Shown: positions 1 through 64,000 of the stretch, one piece after another
How positions within the stretch are numbered: position 1 is the first letter of the stretch
How the letters are laid out: each line of letters starts with the position of its first letter
Translations under genes and position numbers: made by a program
Notes under the pieces: model-generated
Told to the model about the DNA's origin: nothing
What the model saw: the letters and a program-made list of their open reading frames with translations, nothing else
Databases searched by the model: none
Assembly (NCBI RefSeq): GCF_006345805.1
Contig: NC_042997.1
Span: forward strand, 93,310,001-93,374,000
Length of the DNA stretch: 64,000 bases
Direction of reading: 5' to 3'
Source of the DNA: Octopus sinensis
Lineage: Eukaryota

Positions 1-44
1 TATATATATTTGTATATGTGAGCTTGTATGTATATATATATATA

Positions 45-919
45 CAGGGTGTCCCAAAATGTATTCACAGTTTAAATAACAATTAATTCAAAGTTTATTG
101 ACTTAGAAACAAGATTAATGGTTCAAATTTACAAATACATGGTCAAAAGGTGCACTCAGTTTAGATAAGCATCCCCAGTGACAATTTGGACAAGAAAAAA
201 TGGCCCGAGTATATCCAATACTGATAGCCCACACCACACTGTAACACCTGGTAAGTTCAAATGGTGTTCCATAGTAACATGCACATTTTCAGGAGCCCAG
301 TAGTTGTAATTATGTTGGTTAATAGAGTCATGTAACTTAAAACTGGCTTCATCAGTCCAAACAATTTTGGATGTAAATGCTGCATCTTCTTTGCATTTGC
401 CCAGGTACCACTCACAAAATTCAACTCTTTGGTCAGGATCATCTTCATTTAGAGTGTTGATTAATATTGGAGTGTAACATTTCCAACTAACTTGCTTTAA
501 AATGCAATGGGCACTTGATTTCGGGATTCCCATCTCACAAGCCATTTGTTGGACAGATTTCTGTGGGGATTGCCAGAGGGTTTCCAGCAATTGTTCTTCC
601 TTTGTGAGGCCGGTTGATAACCATGGTCTTCCTGAAAGCTCCTTATGGACATTATGTATAGTTCCATCTGATTCAAACTTATCTAATATTTGAGCAATGG
701 TGCATTGTATTGGCGGATCTTTGTGAAACTGTCCTCTAAATTGTCTTTGCACTTCCATGATATTTTCATGCTTCCAATAGCACTTTATGATAATTTTTCT
801 TTCTTCAAAACTTAGTCATACTTCTGCTATTATTAGGGCCAAATTGATCTGAAAAGAATTGAAAAGTTCAGTGAGTTATGGGGAGTCGAAATATGAGTAC
901 ATATTTGGGGGACACCCTG
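45..919 (-). mobile_element. Internally deleted Tc1/mariner DNA transposon
   Basis: TIRs ta|cagggtgtccc ... gggacaccctg|ta. ORF 156-758 has HTH and WTDEASF but ends at VTGDAYL, so the later catalytic residues are deleted. Upstream start decayed (ATA, in-frame TGA). Confidence 0.9.
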
Positions 920-925
920 TATATA

Positions 926-1189
926 TGGCACTCTGTCAGTTAAAGCAATGAGGGTTCCAGTTGATCCAATCATTGGAACAGCCTGCTTGTGAAATTAATA
1001 TGCAAGTGACTGAACAATTAACAGACATGAGCACCCTTAATGTAGTTCTCTGGGATATTCAGCATGACACAGAATGTGACCAGGCTGGTCCTTTGATTTA
1101 CAGGTACAACACATTTTTGCTAGTTAAGTGAACTGGAGCAACATGAAACAAGGCTGATCACTCTAATCATTAAGCAATATGGCTTCACT

Positions 1190-1190
<1 letters not shown>
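926..1190 (-). mobile_element. SINE-like repeat; other copies about 10650-10910 and 36210-36515
   Basis: Shared core cagcatgacacagaatgtgac...actggag in three copies; tRNA-like head on the minus strand in the longer copies. Confidence 0.7.
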
Positions 1191-1224
<34 letters not shown>

Positions 1225-2028
1225 GTTAGGAAGGGCATCCAGCTGTAGAAACTGCCAGATCAGACTGGGCCTGGTGCAGCCTTCTGGCTTCCCAGACCCC
1301 AGTTGAACCGTCCAACTCATGCTAGCATGGAAAGCGGACGTTAAAAGATGATGATGATGATGATGATATATATATATATATTATATATATATATATATAA
1401 TATATATATATATATATCATCAGTAAATCTTAAATCTAAAAGAGAAGCACACTCAAAGTTATAGCGCAGTAGAGTATTTAGAGAACGGTAGCTATGGCCA
1501 TCAGACCCTAATGGCCAATAACTATTAAGGTCATTCAGTTAGAAATTCTTTAAGGTGGTGCCCCAGCATCACTGCAGTCTAATGCCTGACACAAGTAAAA
1601 GATAAAAGTTAAACTATAAGTAATGACACTAATCATATTATCCTCCTGCATGGAGATGAAATTCAGATCTCATGTCAAAATAAGATTTTGTGCTTATTGT
1701 ACAAAACAAACAAAAGAAACAAATCAAAACATAACGGTTCCTACACAGAGATTTGAAGATAAATGTAGCCACAGACATTACAACTATATCAAGTTCCAGT
1801 ACTTTGCGAAATTTTCCATTTGTGGGGTGCAATATCAGAATACAAAAACTATAAGATTTTGGAATTTTTTCAGATTTTGAGTAAAGGATTTTCAACTGTA
1901 TTAGTAGTGAAGTAGAAACCATTAAATTGATATTTGTGTACTCCTTTCAATAACTGAGTTAGTTTCCAAGAATGCAATAATAATATTCAGTAATTTTCTT
2001 TAATGCTTAAATTTTCTTTCTTCTTTAG

Positions 2029-64000
<61,972 letters not shown>

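Noticed and set aside
156-758. 200-aa ORF as an active transposase or host gene
   Set aside because: Start decayed, upstream in-frame stop, catalytic domain deleted

Overview
AT-rich, microsatellite-dense eukaryotic genomic DNA. The SINE/LINE families look like those of an octopod cephalopod (recognised from memory, not verified). The whole window lies inside one large + strand gene. I can chain 26 exons (2029-64000) with canonical AG/GT ends and matching intron phases into one open frame of about 4266 nt (about 1420 aa), with no start or stop in view. From exon 6 onward the gene is a tandem array of a four-exon cassette (phases 0-0, 0-2, 2-1, 1-0) of 217-232 aa. All 13 cysteines fall in the 0-0 exons. 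The protein looks helical, Met-rich and glycosylated, so probably extracellular. It may be a greatly expanded ABCA-type ectodomain, but that is an inference. The introns hold Tc1/mariner elements, RTE and R4/Dong-like LINE fragments, Penelope-like remnants with hammerhead-like motifs, several tRNA-SINE families, MITEs and simple repeats. Most ORFs in the supplied track are microsatellite artefacts.
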